A stretch of DNA of 64,000 bases from assembly GCA_963772835.1 (NCBI GenBank), contig CAVYYZ010000009.1, positions 96,001 to 160,000 of the forward strand, read 5' to 3'. Positions 44,299 to 52,530 of the stretch are shown one piece after another. The number at the start of each line of letters is the position of its first letter. Position 1 is the stretch's first letter. Source of the DNA: an uncultured delta proteobacterium (GTDB lineage Bacteria; Desulfobacterota; Desulfuromonadia; Geobacterales; Pseudopelobacteraceae). The position numbers were made by a program, and so were the translations under genes. The notes beneath the pieces were generated by a model that saw only the letters and a program-made list of their open reading frames with translations, was not told where the DNA came from and did not search any database.

Positions 44299-45057
44299 CT
44301 ACGCGTAGGCCCGCGAATAACCGAACTTCATCGAGAGCGCCTCGGCTCCTTCTATCATGCAGGGGATCACCTCTTTTTCCAGTCGTTCCTGCAGCATGCG
44401 GAAGGAGGGTGCCAGCAGCGTCAGGGCACCGATAACCTTGCCGGCATAATCCCGAATGGCGACCGCCACCGTGCAGATGCCTTCCCCCAGACCGTTGAAG
44501 TCAACCGCCACTCCTGTACGGCGGATCTCATCCAGTTCCATCTCAAGCTGATGGAAATCCTTGATGCCCCTTTTTTTACCGGCACGGCCAAAGAGGTCGA
44601 TTGAGCCGACCGACTTGAGAACCTTGCCGGCAGCGTTGGTAAAAAAAGGGAAACGCTGACCCACGAGATCAACCGCCTTGATCTGCTGGAATGAGTCGAC
44701 CATATCCAGGAAAAGAACATCATTATTGCTCATGACGGTGATATAGACCGCTTCATCCAGTTTGCGCGCCAGTTCAACCATAATCGGATGTGCCATTCTG
44801 ATAAGATTGTCGCTCTTCAGGATGTGCTGCGCCATTGCAAAAGACTGTGTACCCAGGCAGTAGCTGCCGGATTCTTTATCGTGCTCGACCAACCCCTTGT
44901 CTTCCAGGGTGGCCAGCAGGCGAAAAATTTTGTTGCGACTCAACTCCAGTTTTTTTTCAAGAGCAGAAAGTGTCGAGCTGCTGTCCTGTGCCAGCGTCTC
45001 TAGCAAATCGATGGCCTTGACAACGGCCTGGACTGAGTAAACTCCTTTTTCTCTCAT
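44299..45057 (-). CDS. IclR-family transcriptional regulator (copy 2)
   Basis: Paralog of 38293-39054 with a more diverged HTH region. Confidence 0.9.
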   Translation of the reverse strand: MREKGVYSVQAVVKAIDLLETLAQDSSSTLSALEKKLELSRNKIFRLLATLEDKGLVEHDKESGSYCLGTQSFAMAQHILKSDNLIRMAHPIMVELARKLDEAVYITVMSNNDVLFLDMVDSFQQIKAVDLVGQRFPFFTNAAGKVLKSVGSIDLFGRAGKKRGIKDFHQLEMELDEIRRTGVAVDFNGLGEGICTVAVAIRDYAGKVIGALTLLAPSFRMLQERLEKEVIPCMIEGAEALSMKFGYSRAYA

Positions 45058-45170
45058 GTAGTGGTGCTCCCGATTAATGAATTAAGAGTACTGAATTCAT
45101 TTATGGTGACAATTAACCAGTGCCCGGCATGTTGCCATGTGAATCTGTTTGTGGCTGCCTAACATATGGC

Positions 45171-45453
45171 TCATGCGGAGTGGACAGCGGCAAGGGATCC
45201 GCCATGCACTGTTTCGCAGCAGCGATCATGAGCTGAAGTCACTGATGGCAAAATGAAACGGCGTTGCAGGCACATGGCGATAACATCGGATACCGTTGTT
45301 ATTGTTGCCCGATGTACCATAAGATTCCCGGTTTCCCGTGATCCACTTCACAGTAACTTGAATATCAAAAACAGGGATTTTACTCACAGAAATGAACACC
45401 GCTGATCTCGCCGGCAGAGCACAGATTACTATGTGGGACAAGAAACGTTTCAT
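45171..45453 (-). pseudogene. Degenerate leader D (paralog of C) lacking RAPP
   Basis: Starts MKRFLSHIVICALPARSAVFISVSKIPVFD. In another frame it ends SAHDRCCETVHGGSLAAVHSA*, which aligns to SVHDCCVGNHQGRAPPVVHSV* of C. Confidence 0.6.
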
Positions 45454-45964
45454 AGCAACCCTGATACCTTCTGCCAATTATCAACAGTAAAAGAATTGAA
45501 ACCACTAAATTTTATAATCAGCAATTTTCGTCATTTTTAATACAACGTTCCATATTTGTCAATAATTTATTTAATATATAAAATATTAGTATTTATATTA
45601 ATAATATTGATATGTTATAGATAAAATGAAAATATATTTTATCTAAATTTGCCCCCAGTGTATCACTTGTATTTTGAATTATATTCGAAAATTTTCTTTT
45701 TTTTATCACAAGGCGTTTATTTTTAATCTCCGCGTGAATTATATTTACGTTTTACAGTGCGTATTGATACGCAATTCGAATACGTGATATGGTGCATCCG
45801 ATAACATTTTTATATTATTGTTGAAGCAGATTTTATCCGTTGAAATATGGCGTCCCATAAAGGACATGTACGACTTTTACATCACGTCACTTGACATACG
45901 CATAGTAACTATCCCAGTATTGGGCATTCATTTTGGGCTAATTTGTCATTGCGGGGAGGTATGT

Positions 45965-46471
45965 ATGGAATCAAAGCCGGATATGGTAGCAGGAATAATT
46001 GATGATATTCGACGCGTCTTTCAGGTTCTTACAGAGCAATCGAGAAGGATAGAACACGAAACCAACCTTACGGGCCCACAATTGTGGGTTGTCAAGATAC
46101 TTAAAGACACCTCTCCCATGAAGGTTTCTGATTTGGCGCGGAGCATGTATCTTCATCCGGCGACAATGGTTGGTTTGCTGGACAGACTTGAAGTGAAAGG
46201 CCTACTTAAGCGTACACGGTCAGATAAGGATCGGCGGGTTGTTTTCATTGATCTTACCGAGCAGGGACGGGAATTAGAGATAAATTCGCCTGAGGTTGTT
46301 CAGAACCTCCTGGTAAAAGGGCTTGAGTCAATAGGGATGAATGATCTGGAGTTAATTTCCGGTGGACTGAATCGAATTGTTACTATATTAGGTGTCCAGG
46401 GGGCACCTCCGAAGCTCATTATGACTTCAGATATCAATATGCCGAAGAGGCGGAGAAAAGTCTCAATTTGA
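45965..46471 (+). CDS. MarR-family regulator (paralog of 30442-30918)
   Basis: IIDDIRRVFQ, LTGPQLW and HPATMVGLLDRLE..GLLKRTRSDKDRRVV; SD GGAGGT. Confidence 0.9.
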   Translation: MESKPDMVAGIIDDIRRVFQVLTEQSRRIEHETNLTGPQLWVVKILKDTSPMKVSDLARSMYLHPATMVGLLDRLEVKGLLKRTRSDKDRRVVFIDLTEQGRELEINSPEVVQNLLVKGLESIGMNDLELISGGLNRIVTILGVQGAPPKLIMTSDINMPKRRRKVSI

Positions 46472-46579
46472 TTTTTGCACGGATCGTATTGACGCCCATG
46501 CCACGCGATAGGGAGATAATTCAGGGATGAAGTCCCGGAGTATTCCGCTTGATACGTGTTTTCTTTTTAATGATGGGGG

Positions 46580-48013
46580 TTAGAGATATGGCGAAAAGAG
46601 GCGTGCAAAATTGTCGCGGAGCCTGATCGGCAGGGGACGACCTTCAATCTCCTGCAGGGTTATTTCGTGGGAATGGGCGAACGCTTTATCAAAATGCCGG
46701 CGTATGGTGGAAGACAGTTCCGTATCAAACACGCTGAGGTCCAGCTCAAAATTCAGCCTCAGACTGCGCGTGTCCATATTTGCAGAGCCTATGAGCGACC
46801 ATATATTATCTACGAGCAACAGTTTGGTGTGTACAAACGGGGGTGGTTGATAGTAGACACGGACACCATTGACCTGTAATTCCCACAGCAAAGAACGGCT
46901 GGCCCAATCTACAAAGGGGAGATTGTTCAGCCCGGGAAGAACGATGCGGATGTCAACGCCGCGCAGCGCCGCAGTTACGAGAGATGATATCATTTCGCGA
47001 TCCGGGATAAAGTACGGCGTCATAATGTAGACCTGGTTTTTCGCGCAGGAAAGGGCCCCCTTGACAATCTGCTCAATCTTTCGAAACTCCCTGTCCGGAC
47101 CGTCGGCAACACAGCAGACCAGAGCATTCCCCTGTGGTTCTATCGCCGGGAAAAAGCAGGGATTCTGCAGTTTCTCTCCGGTTACAAAAAACCAGTCACT
47201 TAAAAAAGTCCCCTGAAGGTCCGCAACGACAGGACCCTTTACGCAGAAGTGAACGTCATGAATCGAATTAACCGATGATTCAGAAGCGTTCAGGTGCCGA
47301 CTGCGGATATTCATACCACCGGTAAAAGCTTCCTGACCATCGACAATCAAAAGTTTTCTATGGTTGCGCAAATTGATGTACGCGCCGTGGCGGAGGGGTA
47401 AATAACGTACAAGACGGACAGCTGTACCGCGGAATGCAGCACGCGGGGACAGGCGGCTGTACTTTTCACCCAAAGCATCGATTATGACCCGCACCTCTAC
47501 GCCGCGCACGGCAGCTTCAATGAGATGATCTACAAACTCTGATCCTATCCCATCGGCATCGAAGATATAACTCGAGAGGTTAATGGTCTCCCGGGCGCTC
47601 CTGATCGCGGCAAGCATGGCGGGGTAAGCCTCTTCGCCGCCGATCAGTGCAACGATACGATTACCCTGTCGCTGGCAGGTTGTAACAATAACATCTTCAA
47701 TATGTAACAGATCCGACAGATGCGCCGCATACACAGGAAGATGACGTACAATAAACTCTTGGTCCAGCTTGGGATATATTTCAGTCCGGCTGAGCCATCG
47801 ACCGCTTTCCTGCCAGCTTTTTGCCCGTCTGGAGATTCGGTTTATCCCCAGACTCCAATAAAAAAACGGTCCGATTAGCGGAATAGAGAGATTCACGCTC
47901 ACCCAGACCAGCGCCGAGCGCGAATCGCGTTTGAAAAGCAGCGCGTGGCCGGCCGTAACCAGAGACAGGAAGCAGGAACCGACGACAAGACATGCAATCA
48001 GTAAATGATCCAA
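46580..48013 (-). CDS. cls: Cardiolipin synthase (phospholipase D family)
   Basis: Two HKD motifs (NHRKLLIVD and HTKLLLVD), TPYFIP, GSANMDTRSLRLNFE and N-terminal TMs. Confidence 0.9.
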   Translation of the reverse strand: MDHLLIACLVVGSCFLSLVTAGHALLFKRDSRSALVWVSVNLSIPLIGPFFYWSLGINRISRRAKSWQESGRWLSRTEIYPKLDQEFIVRHLPVYAAHLSDLLHIEDVIVTTCQRQGNRIVALIGGEEAYPAMLAAIRSARETINLSSYIFDADGIGSEFVDHLIEAAVRGVEVRVIIDALGEKYSRLSPRAAFRGTAVRLVRYLPLRHGAYINLRNHRKLLIVDGQEAFTGGMNIRSRHLNASESSVNSIHDVHFCVKGPVVADLQGTFLSDWFFVTGEKLQNPCFFPAIEPQGNALVCCVADGPDREFRKIEQIVKGALSCAKNQVYIMTPYFIPDREMISSLVTAALRGVDIRIVLPGLNNLPFVDWASRSLLWELQVNGVRVYYQPPPFVHTKLLLVDNIWSLIGSANMDTRSLRLNFELDLSVFDTELSSTIRRHFDKAFAHSHEITLQEIEGRPLPIRLRDNFARLFSPYL

Positions 48014-48016
48014 TGA

Positions 48017-48316
48017 TCAGCCCAGATCTACCGAAATCTCATCTCCGTTCAATTGTACCGGAAACGTGGCAAGCTTACATTCCGGGTGCTCGGCACACCG
48101 GCCATCCGCCAGGTTGAATCGGTAACCGTGCCGCGGACATGAAATGTAGCCGTCCTTCACGACTGCGGCATTCATCGGGCTCCCCTGGTGCGGGCATTCG
48201 TTCTCAACGGCAAATATGGCCCCTTTGACATTGACGAGCAAAATGTCTCTTCCGGAGACTGAAACAACTTTCTTCCCGAAATTAGGGACTTCACTTATTT
48301 TTGCGACCCTATCCAT
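48017..48316 (-). CDS. Rieske [2Fe-2S] ferredoxin
   Basis: CPHQ...CPRHG ligand motifs; SD GGAGG. Confidence 0.9.
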   Translation of the reverse strand: MDRVAKISEVPNFGKKVVSVSGRDILLVNVKGAIFAVENECPHQGSPMNAAVVKDGYISCPRHGYRFNLADGRCAEHPECKLATFPVQLNGDEISVDLG

Positions 48317-48762
48317 ACGTCCTCCTCTGCCTGAAATTAGCAATGACTTAACCTACCCGAAATATGTCATCCCCGTCAATTGCTCATATTTTTCAATTCT
48401 GCGTGAACGTCAATTAAACAGCAAGCATGCCTAAATAATAATCAGCCGGATATGAATTGCGACCCTTTATTGACACCGTTACATGCGCAGCAACACCACA
48501 ACATACCGTTATTCATCTGTTTATACATATTGGCACGTTCTCTGCTAAAAACCAATTTACAAACGATGCGCCGAAAATAATCAAGTTTGTTGTGGCCAGC
48601 AGCAGTCAACTTCAACAGAACGTGCAGCGATGGAACCAACGAAGCTTTCATCTGATCACCGTTCAAAATCAACGATGAACGGTGAAAAGTGACCATATCC
48701 ACTCTGCAAGTTATTGAATTGTAAAAGAACTTATCCATCGCTGATTTTCATCGTTGAAAAAA

Positions 48763-48808
48763 GTGTACCGGAAGTGTACCGGAGCTGGTGTACCGTGGTG
48801 TACCGGAA
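48763..48808 (+). repeat. Four direct copies of GTGTACCG
   Basis: Copies start at 48763, 48774, 48788 and 48798. Confidence 0.8.
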
Positions 48809-49020
48809 CTTTGGACGCGAAAAGTGAATTGAATCTAACCTAAATCAGCCTCGGTTGACAGAAAAAAAAGCCGCTCTCGATAACGAGGACGGCTGTTATT
48901 TTTTATACTTATGAGAATAAGTTGCTGACATACAATGATAATTTCAGCCTTGAATGACTCGCAAGTGGTTAAAATGATTCTTGTTTTTGGCAGCTAGTTT
49001 TTTGACTCCTAACCGTATTA

Positions 49021-49040
49021 GTACCAAATGGTACCAAATG
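49021..49040 (+). repeat. Perfect 10 bp tandem repeat GTACCAAATG x2
   Basis: Seen directly; shares the GTACC core with the 48763 repeats. Confidence 0.7.
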
Positions 49041-49779
49041 ACTCTAGTCAGAAGATCACCCAATATTGTAACTATCTAGAACCATTGGTATTTATGCTCT
49101 CTGATGTTCTGTTGGCGAATAGTACAGAGATTCGATCAGTTTCGGTGATTTTAATGCCGTAGGTTCGAGATTTGATCGAAAAGAATGTTTCCTTCAAATA
49201 AAGCGTGTTTTCTTTTCTGAGAGCCACCGAAAAAGAGCGGTTCGGCAGAAAGCCAACTAGAAAACAGGTGATGATTCCCGTTAAAGTTATAGTTAGAGCG
49301 AATCTCAGGTGATCCTGGTAACGCCAGTATTACTTATTTTTCGCTGGTGTTTTAGCTTTAGGTGCAGCTTTCACCGCTTTAATTGATTTGGCACTCGAAT
49401 CTTCGAAAGTTAAGCGGTTTGACGAAATGTGGGTAGTGAAAAATTCCCGTTTGTGTCGATGGTTCGATTCCGATAGTTCCTCGATAATATCCGCCGATGA
49501 CCCAGATGATCCTGGGTCGTTTCCGTTTAAACCCCCAATAGAAACTTAAGCGCTGAGCGCGACGGCGAACTCTGTGAGCATTAGGTGCATTCGTCGGCGG
49601 ATAGTGCATTGCCAGAACGTACCGACAGTTCGAAGTCAGTAATCTTACGATATAGGTATTCATCTAAGCTGGTATTCGGGCCTGTCAATCTGATTGTGTA
49701 AATGAATTTTCGGCTTCTCTCAAAATTTGTTGCGTGTTGCCTGTTTACTCAGTTTGAGACTTTCTGAATCTCAGTAAAG

Positions 49780-51000
49780 TTATCCAGATTTACGCCAGTT
49801 AAAGGCGCGCAACTGCAGTTCAGGCATTGCGTTTGTATTAATCCCGATTTTTAAGAGTTCTGCTGAAGCTGACGACATGTCGAGGTGTTCAATATGTTCC
49901 ATTACTCGTAATAAGCTGCCATAATGCCCTGTGTGATTAAGTAATGCCGTTGCAACATCCTCGTTGAGGTTGAGATTGAGAATGATTTCCTCAATGGTAA
50001 TGTCATAGATATTCTCCATAAGAGAGAGGATTCCGGTCATAAAGGCATGTTCTGGAGATTCATCAATAAACTGGAGTTGGGGATGAACAAAGGCCATCTG
50101 TTCCATAAACCCAGCCCTGGAAGCCGCCATATCCACCAGAGGGTGAGCAAAAGCATCATCTCCATCTGCAGCAAATAGAGCCAATTGTATCCAGCGCTTG
50201 ATCTGCATTCGGCCGGTCATTGCAATGGCGTGCCGTACACCCTGGATTTTTTGACGATTCCCGAATGCTACCGAGTTTACGAGCATCAGTAGCTTGTAAG
50301 TCAATGATGGACTACCGCGGAAAGCCAGTTCAATCTCTTGGATGCTGGCATCCTCTGCCAACAGGCGCAGCAGCTTGAGGAGTGTAGTTGCATCCTCGTC
50401 CATTTTCTTTCTCTTGATGATATCCGGGCGGGCAAAATAATACCCCTGAAAGTAGTCAAAACCAAGAGAGTGACAAGCCTTGAACATCTCGACGCTTTCA
50501 ACCTTCTCAGCAAGCAACTTGCAGGGATACGGGCGAAGGAGCTCTATTATCTCAGGCAGGGATTCCAGCGGTGTCTGGAGCAGATCAATTTTTATGATCT
50601 CCACGATTGCATACAATTCTGCAAATTCAGGACTATAGAGGTGATCATCCAAGGCAAAACGGAATCCGGCCTCCTTCAGTGCCCGACAGCGCTCGATGAC
50701 AGCAGGTGACGACTCGATAGATTCCAACAATTCTATTACTATATGTTCATGCGGAAGTAATTCCAACCCTTCATACATCAGCATCTCTAAATCAACATTT
50801 ATGAAACCTTTATGACCATCCAGAAGTTCTCTGATTCCGAATGACGCCAGTGTATTGACGATAACATTGGCAGTAGCTCGACCCGAATCCTGTATATTGG
50901 CTTCATTGACATCCGTAGAGCGAAAGAGCAATTCATAACCATACAAATGCTCGTTTCTGTCTAAGATTGGCTGTCGACCTATAATGCAGTGTTCTGACAT
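49780..51000 (-). CDS. EAL + HDOD domain signal-transduction protein (YuxH-like)
   Basis: GRQPI...YELLFR, FALDD, LLAEKVE and FQGYYFARP, then HDOD (LTYKLLMLVNS, AFMTGILS). Confidence 0.9.
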   Translation of the reverse strand: MSEHCIIGRQPILDRNEHLYGYELLFRSTDVNEANIQDSGRATANVIVNTLASFGIRELLDGHKGFINVDLEMLMYEGLELLPHEHIVIELLESIESSPAVIERCRALKEAGFRFALDDHLYSPEFAELYAIVEIIKIDLLQTPLESLPEIIELLRPYPCKLLAEKVESVEMFKACHSLGFDYFQGYYFARPDIIKRKKMDEDATTLLKLLRLLAEDASIQEIELAFRGSPSLTYKLLMLVNSVAFGNRQKIQGVRHAIAMTGRMQIKRWIQLALFAADGDDAFAHPLVDMAASRAGFMEQMAFVHPQLQFIDESPEHAFMTGILSLMENIYDITIEEIILNLNLNEDVATALLNHTGHYGSLLRVMEHIEHLDMSSASAELLKIGINTNAMPELQLRAFNWRKSG

Positions 51001-51042
51001 GAATAGCTCCTGTGGTTGATTTGCGAATTATACTGCCAACCG

Positions 51043-51942
51043 TCAACCACTCAATGTGACTCTGTTTCTTCCCGCTGATTTACTCTCATACATAAGTGTG
51101 TCAGCTCTTTTAACGACTGATTCGGCAGTATCGTTTGAAACGACCATGGTAGCTCCTATCGAAGCGGTCACACTCAGTTTTTCATTTTCAGCCATGATAA
51201 AACTGTGCTCAATCACCAAGCGGACACGGTCAGCAACTATGCCAAGCACCTTCTTGGTAACATCTGGCAATAGGATCATAAACTCTTCTCCGCCCCATCG
51301 AATTGCCACATCCATTTTCCTCAATGTATTCGAGACAGATTTGCCCACCATAACGAGGACGTCGTCGCCGGTCTTGTGTCCATAGTTGTCATTGAACTTC
51401 TTGAAGTGATCAATATCCAAAAAGATGACACCAAACGGTGTACCATGCGTTTCCCAGTCATATATTCTGGAATTGAGTGACATTTCTCCGTATCGTCTAT
51501 TACCCACGCCGGTTAATGCGTCCAGGTATGCTTCCTTCTTGAGACTTTCAAGTTCCTTGAGTATCTGTAGAGAATCAGAATTGTCGGTGAATATTTCAAT
51601 GGCCCCGTTCACGTTGCCATCATCATCACGTACTGGTGTTATTCTCGCGGAAACAGGCACACGATGCCCTAGCTTGTGATGGAGAAACACTTCTGCTTGA
51701 CGAGTTTTACCATCAATCAACGTCGCTGATAATGGACACCCATCAATACATAACTCTCTGCCATTGCTGTCAATATGACGGAGGATGTTGTTGGCGCAAC
51801 AAGAACCTGTAACTTCAGATTTAAGGTAACCGGTAATTCTTTCAGCACCTTTATTCCAAAAGGTAATGCTCTTATGTGTGTCAACATAGTAGACGCCGTC
51901 AAACAGGCTATCCAACAACTTTTCATAAGAAAGATCACTCAT
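51043..51942 (-). CDS. PAS-domain diguanylate cyclase
   Basis: N-terminal PAS, then DALTGVGNRR, DIDHFKKFND and RWGGEEF. Confidence 0.92.
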   Translation of the reverse strand: MSDLSYEKLLDSLFDGVYYVDTHKSITFWNKGAERITGYLKSEVTGSCCANNILRHIDSNGRELCIDGCPLSATLIDGKTRQAEVFLHHKLGHRVPVSARITPVRDDDGNVNGAIEIFTDNSDSLQILKELESLKKEAYLDALTGVGNRRYGEMSLNSRIYDWETHGTPFGVIFLDIDHFKKFNDNYGHKTGDDVLVMVGKSVSNTLRKMDVAIRWGGEEFMILLPDVTKKVLGIVADRVRLVIEHSFIMAENEKLSVTASIGATMVVSNDTAESVVKRADTLMYESKSAGRNRVTLSG

Positions 51943-51977
51943 GGTGAATTCCCCGCTTCAGCTACCTGAATAAACAA

Positions 51978-52406
51978 TCAATTTTCGTATTTCTGCCGGA
52001 GGGCAATACATTCTTTGACGTAAGCAACCATTTCTTTATCGTGCTTCTTGATGTGATTAATTATCCAGCGCAGGAGTTTGCCGGTTGCAGCAATGGCAAC
52101 TTCCTTAGAAGCACCTTCCTGTTCAATCTTATTTTTCAGTTCATTTGCATCTCGAGTAAATTCGCCATGCTCGTGTCGTTGAACTTCAATTTTAGGGTAC
52201 CTGTACTCCACCATAATCTTGTCCTCGGTGGTGAAATGCATATGAGCATAATCAAAAAGAAAAACTGCCAACTCTTCGACGATTTCTTTTGATTTACCCT
52301 GCTGCGCCGCTTCAGACAATTTTCCAAAGTGCTCTACAATTCCCTTGTGCTGACTGTCGATCTCCTCGAAACCAAGTTCAAGTGATTCATCCCATTGAAG
52401 TGCCAT
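51978..52406 (-). CDS. Bacteriohemerythrin
   Basis: W...IDSQH, HF..ED, H..EH..F and WIINHIKKHD iron-ligand pattern. Confidence 0.9.
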   Translation of the reverse strand: MALQWDESLELGFEEIDSQHKGIVEHFGKLSEAAQQGKSKEIVEELAVFLFDYAHMHFTTEDKIMVEYRYPKIEVQRHEHGEFTRDANELKNKIEQEGASKEVAIAATGKLLRWIINHIKKHDKEMVAYVKECIALRQKYEN

Positions 52407-52530
52407 ATTTTACTCCTTAACTATTTTTGCTTCATACGCTGAATCAGATCCGCGGTGTTAAAAACAAAACCTTAACAGCCATTTCCACATCCACTGCCGT
52501 CTCCTGGATTTCACCTCATACTTGCTTCTG

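Larger units (their letters stand above)
34093..45453 (-). repeat. Tandem duplication of a six-gene unit, period ~6.0 kb
   Basis: Same gene order twice; offsets 5985 (NhaD-like), 5999 (symporter), 6002 (DUF4212) and 6006 (IclR). Confidence 0.95.

Noticed and set aside
46523..46578. GGGATGAAGTCCC...CCGC...TAATGA resembles the start of a fluoride (crcB) riboswitch
   Set aside because: The 3' strand needed to pair with GAAGT (pseudoknot) is missing, and there is no co-oriented downstream gene (cls is convergent).
48763..48808. Possible CRISPR-like repeat
   Set aside because: Units are 8 nt with 2-6 nt gaps; no spacers and no cas genes.
49140..49180. GATTTTAATGCCGTAGGTTCGAGA looks like a tRNA anticodon/T-loop fragment
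   Set aside because: No cloverleaf stems or CCA end can be formed; at most a degenerate att remnant.
49379..49663. 94 aa minus-strand ORF and nearby GACCCAG/CTGGGTC hairpin
   Set aside because: No SD, family motif or transposase signature.
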